DNA of 42,506 bases, taken from assembly GCA_051453625.1 (NCBI GenBank), contig JBOZIK010000001.1:24691596-24734101 (forward strand), given 5' to 3'. The notes under the pieces are model-generated. The model did no database searches and had not been told where the DNA came from. It worked only from the letters and a program-made list of their open reading frames with translations. This document shows, piece after piece, positions 38,357 through 42,506 of this stretch. The stretch's first letter is position 1. Every line of letters begins with the position of its first letter. Position numbers and translations under genes: made by a program. Source of the DNA: Welwitschia mirabilis. Its lineage: Eukaryota.

Positions 38357-39089
38357 NNNNNNNNNNNNNNNNNNNNNNNNNNNNNNNNNNNNNNNNNNNN
38401 NNNNNNNNNNNNNNNNNNNNNNNNNNNNNNNNNNNNNNNNNNNNNNNNNNNNNNNNNNNNNNNNNNNNNNNNNNNNNNNNNNNNNNNNNNNNNNNNNNNN
38501 NNNNNNNNNNNNNNNNNNNNNNNNNNNNNNNNNNNNNNNNNNNNNNNNNNNNNNNNNNNNNNNNNNNNNNNNNNNNNNNNNNNNNNNNNNNNNNNNNNNN
38601 NNNNNNNNNNNNNNNNNNNNNNNNNNNNNNNNNNNNNNNNNNNNNNNNNNNNNNNNNNNNNNNNNNNNNNNNNNNNNNNNNNNNNNNNNNNNNNNNNNNN
38701 NNNNNNNNNNNNNNNNNNNNNNNNNNNNNNNNNNNNNNNNNNNNNNNNNNNNNNNNNNNNNNNNNNNNNNNNNNNNNNNNNNNNNNNNNNNNNNNNNNNN
38801 NNNNNNNNNNNNNNNNNNNNNNNNNNNNNNNNNNNNNNNNNNNNNNNNNNNNNNNNNNNNNNNNNNNNNNNNNNNNNNNNNNNNNNNNNNNNNNNNNNNN
38901 NNNNNNNNNNNNNNNNNNNNNNNNNNNNNNNNNNNNNNNNNNNNNNNNNNNNNNNNNNNNNNNNNNNNNNNNNNNNNNNNNNNNNNNNNNNNNNNNNNNN
39001 NNNNNNNNNNNNNNNNNNNNNNNNNNNNNNNNNNNNNNNNNNNNNNNNNNNNNNNNNNNNNNNNNNNNNNNNNNNNNNNNNNNNNNNNT

Positions 39090-42000
39090 CCCCTATGAAT
39101 GGCATTCCAACTCGATATCTGAACACCCTCCAAACATGAGTTAGTTCTACTTCAGGTTCTAGACTAAACAAACATGGATGGGCTCAACTTCATAGGCTTA
39201 GACTCACCTCGATATACTTTCAATACAAGTGATAGGCCGTATCTGAGGTGGATGCATGCTTACAGATGACCCTTGCTTCCTTGAAGCATCATAAGATGGT
39301 GTAACATGGTCTTTTAATACCAAGGGCTCGAGATATTAAGTCAGAATAAGTTCATGCATGGNNNNNNNNNNNNNNNNNNNNNNNNNNNNNNNNNNNNNNN
39401 NNNNNNNNNNNNNNNNNNNNNNNNNNNNNNNNNNNNNNNNNNNNNNNNNNNNNNNNNNNNNATATTAAGTCAGAATAAGTTCATGCATGGGTAGGGTAGG
39501 ATAGTGATGATCAAATCCACTTTTAAAAGGGTTTCGAAAATAAAAGTATAATGCAATCCACCTTGGTGACGAAATCCAAGTATGAGGATGAATAATTATT
39601 GAGATTATCTTTGTTTAGTTAAATGAATACACCATACAAATGCAAGCATACAATATGTGGATATTTTATGGATTGTTTACCTAGTAAAAATAATTCTAAT
39701 CATTATTGAGTTCATTTTAAGTAAACAATCATATAGAAGAAATATATGATGTACAAGCATTTTTGGTTTTTTATAAAGGAAAATCTACATTTTCAAAGTG
39801 TACTAATGAAAATAAATAAAAGAAGATATCTCTTCATTTTTTTACATTATAGCAATTCTTTCAAATAAGACACATTAATACGTCTAAGTTCTATTGGAAA
39901 AACATCCTCCATTTATGAAACTAAGTCAACTTGAAACCCTCTTTATCATTGCTAAGAGTCCATAAAAATAAAGTTAGGTAAAATATAGGCATATTTTATT
40001 AGAAAAAGATTTTAATGAAGCTAATTAATTGTGCTACACATCTCTAGAATCATTAAGTACTTAAGCATGAAAGAAAAGAATAAGAGCCTAAATTTCAATA
40101 AAAAGTATATAAAAAGAATAGAAAAATAAACATAACTTAACTAGAAATCGTATATAATATTTAACTTAATTTTATACTTGCATTAGATAATTTTCTATAA
40201 TTTTTAATATTAATTACAGATTTTCTTATCTTTTAGAAGATATTAAATTTAAAAATTTATAATTAATTATATAAAAATGTAAAATTAAAATAGACTTAAT
40301 TTCCTTAAACTATATTCATTACACTATCCCTAAAAACCAATTTTAATAAGTTTGAATTAGCTTAAATGTATTTTATAGGCTCAAACTTTAAACCATAAAA
40401 ACTACCTAAGTTGTAGAATTACTAAACTAATACCCTTCCCTAAAATGGTTATAACTGTTAATCTACTTGGAGTTTTTCAATGAGTAAATACTTTTTGAAA
40501 TATTATGTAATTCTCTATAAGTTTGATTNNNNNNNNNNNNNNNNNNNNNNNNNNNNNNNNNNNNNNNNNNNNNNNNNNNNNNNNNNNNNNNNNNNNNNNN
40601 NNNNNNNNNNNNNNNNNNNNNNNNNNNNNNNNNNNNNNNNNNNNNNNNNNNNNNNNNNNNNNNNNNNNNNNNNNNNNNNNNNNNNNNNNNNNNNNNNNNN
40701 NNNNNNNNNNNNNNNNNNNNNNNNNNNNNNNNNNNNNNNNNNNNNNNNNNNNNNNNNNNNNNNNNNNNNNNNNNNNNNNNNNNNNNNNNNNNNNNNNNNN
40801 NNNNNNNNNNNNNNNNNNNNNNNNNNNNNNNNNNNNNNNNNNNNNNNNNNNNNNNNNNNNNNNNNNNNNNNNNAAAATTACTATAAACTTATAAGAAATA
40901 ATTCATCAATATCATCAGTCTTAAGATTTTCTGAGAAGGAGTGCCTAGCCTAAATAGCTTCTTGAGGATCAGACTTGTTCACCCTAATAAGACTCTAATG
41001 CAAATACGATGTAAAATGCATTTAATTAATAATAAAATGAAATACAATATGGGTACCCAAAATCATAGTAAATCTACTGGTTACTTGGCCAAAATATCCA
41101 TTAGACACATAAAAGCTAAGCAGGTTAAGAGGTCCCTCAACTCTCTCCCTTATCTTTNNNNNNNNNNNNNNNNNNGAAGAAAATATATTTACAACCATTG
41201 GTAAACCCATTAACTAAGCATGTAAAGAGATCTATAATATCTTTCCATTATCTTATTATTAGACGATGGGAGGGAAAATGCAAATGACATGCATAGGACT
41301 AATGCAGAAAATAAAACTAAAATGCTCTTAAAAGAAGAACCTACCTGGAGGAAAGAAGATTGATTATTTTTAAAGAGATTGAATAAGTGATAAGCTTCAA
41401 AATCCTATCTCCAAGCTTTTAAGATCTAAGTTGTAAGCTCTGAGCTCCTAGCTCCAAGCTCCAAGCTCTATTTCCACANNNNNNNNNNNNNNNNNNNNNN
41501 NNNNNNNNNNNNNNNNNNNNNNNNNNNNNNNNNNNNNNNNNNNNNNNNNNNNNNNNNNNAAAATGAAATACAATATAGATACCCAAAATCATAGTAAATC
41601 CACTAGTTACTTGGCCAAAATATCCATTAGACACATAAAAGCTAAGCATGTTAAGAGGTCCTTCAACTCTCTCCCTTATCTTTGTCTACGCCAAGGGAAG
41701 AAAATATATTTACAACCATTGGTAAACCCATTAACTAAGCATGTAAAGAGATCCATCATATCTTTCCCTTATCTTAGTATTAGATGATGGGAGGGAAAAT
41801 GCAAATGACATGCATAGGACTAGTGCAGAAAATGAAACTAAAATGCTCATAAAAGAAGAACCTACCTAGAGGAAAGAAGATTGATTATTTTTAAAGAGAT
41901 TGAATAAGTGATAAGCTTCAAAATCCTATCTCCAAGCTTTTAGGATCTAATTTCTAAGCTCTGAGCTCCTAGCTTCAAGCTCCAAGCTCCAATTCCACAC

Positions 42001-42506
42001 TCAAAAGGAAGAAAGATTTTGAAGAAAATTTGGTAGCATAGACTTACTTCAACAATACTAGTTTGAGAAGAAGGAGAGGGCTCTATTTATAGATAGATGG
42101 TATACCAAAAATCCTTGATCTAAATGTTTAAAGACCATCTACATCATTTTACTTGCAAGATAAAAAAAGCTCATTTACTTGATAAGATTAATCAATGATA
42201 AATTACATGAACTTATGTAAAAGTGACATTGACATATATGATAATGATAAGATTGGTCAATGACAAGTTGAATAGATTTTATGTAAAAGTGATTTGAACA
42301 TGTAAATGACAATGATAAGATTGATCAATGACAAGTTGGATGAGCTTGTGTAGAGGTGACATTAATAAGATTAATCAATGAGAAGTTGTAAGAGCTTGTG
42401 TAAGAGGTAAAAGTGATGTATGAGTAATAAAGGAATCTTATTTATGACTTATGCACCTAATTTAGATGAGCAATATTCTTATTTAAATTAACAAGATTAA
42501 TTACAT
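39090..42506 (-). mobile_element. Probable LTR/non-coding part of an LTR retrotransposon in reverse orientation
   Basis: Non-coding. rc TATA box CTATAAATAG at 42083-42092, followed on the minus strand by a CT-rich tract. Tandem motifs lie upstream (42181-42416), with AAGCTCC 7-mer repeats. No terminus, PBS or ORF is seen, so the family is unassigned. Confidence 0.45.
42181..42416 (+). repeat. Four degenerate 50-68-bp tandem units
   Basis: ATAAGATT..TCAATGA.AA.TT...GA.CTT.TGTA.A.GTGA units start at ~42181, 42246, 42314 and 42364. Confidence 0.8.

Noticed and set aside
9078..40953. Long ORFs of the six-frame track that consist mostly of X
   Set aside because: They only span N gaps and are not evidence of coding sequence.

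Overview
AT-rich, CpG-depleted plant nuclear DNA from a gappy draft scaffold. It is probably an angiosperm, because the Copia gag is of the angiosperm Sirevirus type. I see no intact host gene, RNA gene or CRISPR array; the window is a nested set of decayed transposons. In order: (1) a Sirevirus gag, PBS and 5' LTR (1-~2046, minus); (2) a very decayed LINE-ORF1-like stretch (~3150-4140); (3) a near full-length RNase H-bearing L1 LINE (~5880-24320, minus), split by an old Athila-type element (8127 to >=17409) in which only gag and protease are visible; (4) a tRNA-derived SINE with an exact 17-bp TSD (25451-25768); (5) an RTE/RTEX-like LINE ORF (~30715-33440, plus); (6) a second, different L1 lineage (~33450-36320, minus) carrying a Mutator-type foldback MITE (35130-35548); (7) a third L1 (~36320-38356, plus); (8) a probable reverse-oriented LTR (~39090-42506). 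Nearly all 100-N gaps, and several others, are flanked by diverged duplicates, which points to uncollapsed haplotypes. I cannot support a new 'biological system' here. The best leads are the RTEX-like and fern/gymnosperm-like L1 relics, the SINE family, the foldback MITE and the gag-protease-only Athila derivative. All translations and identity figures are hand-read and approximate.
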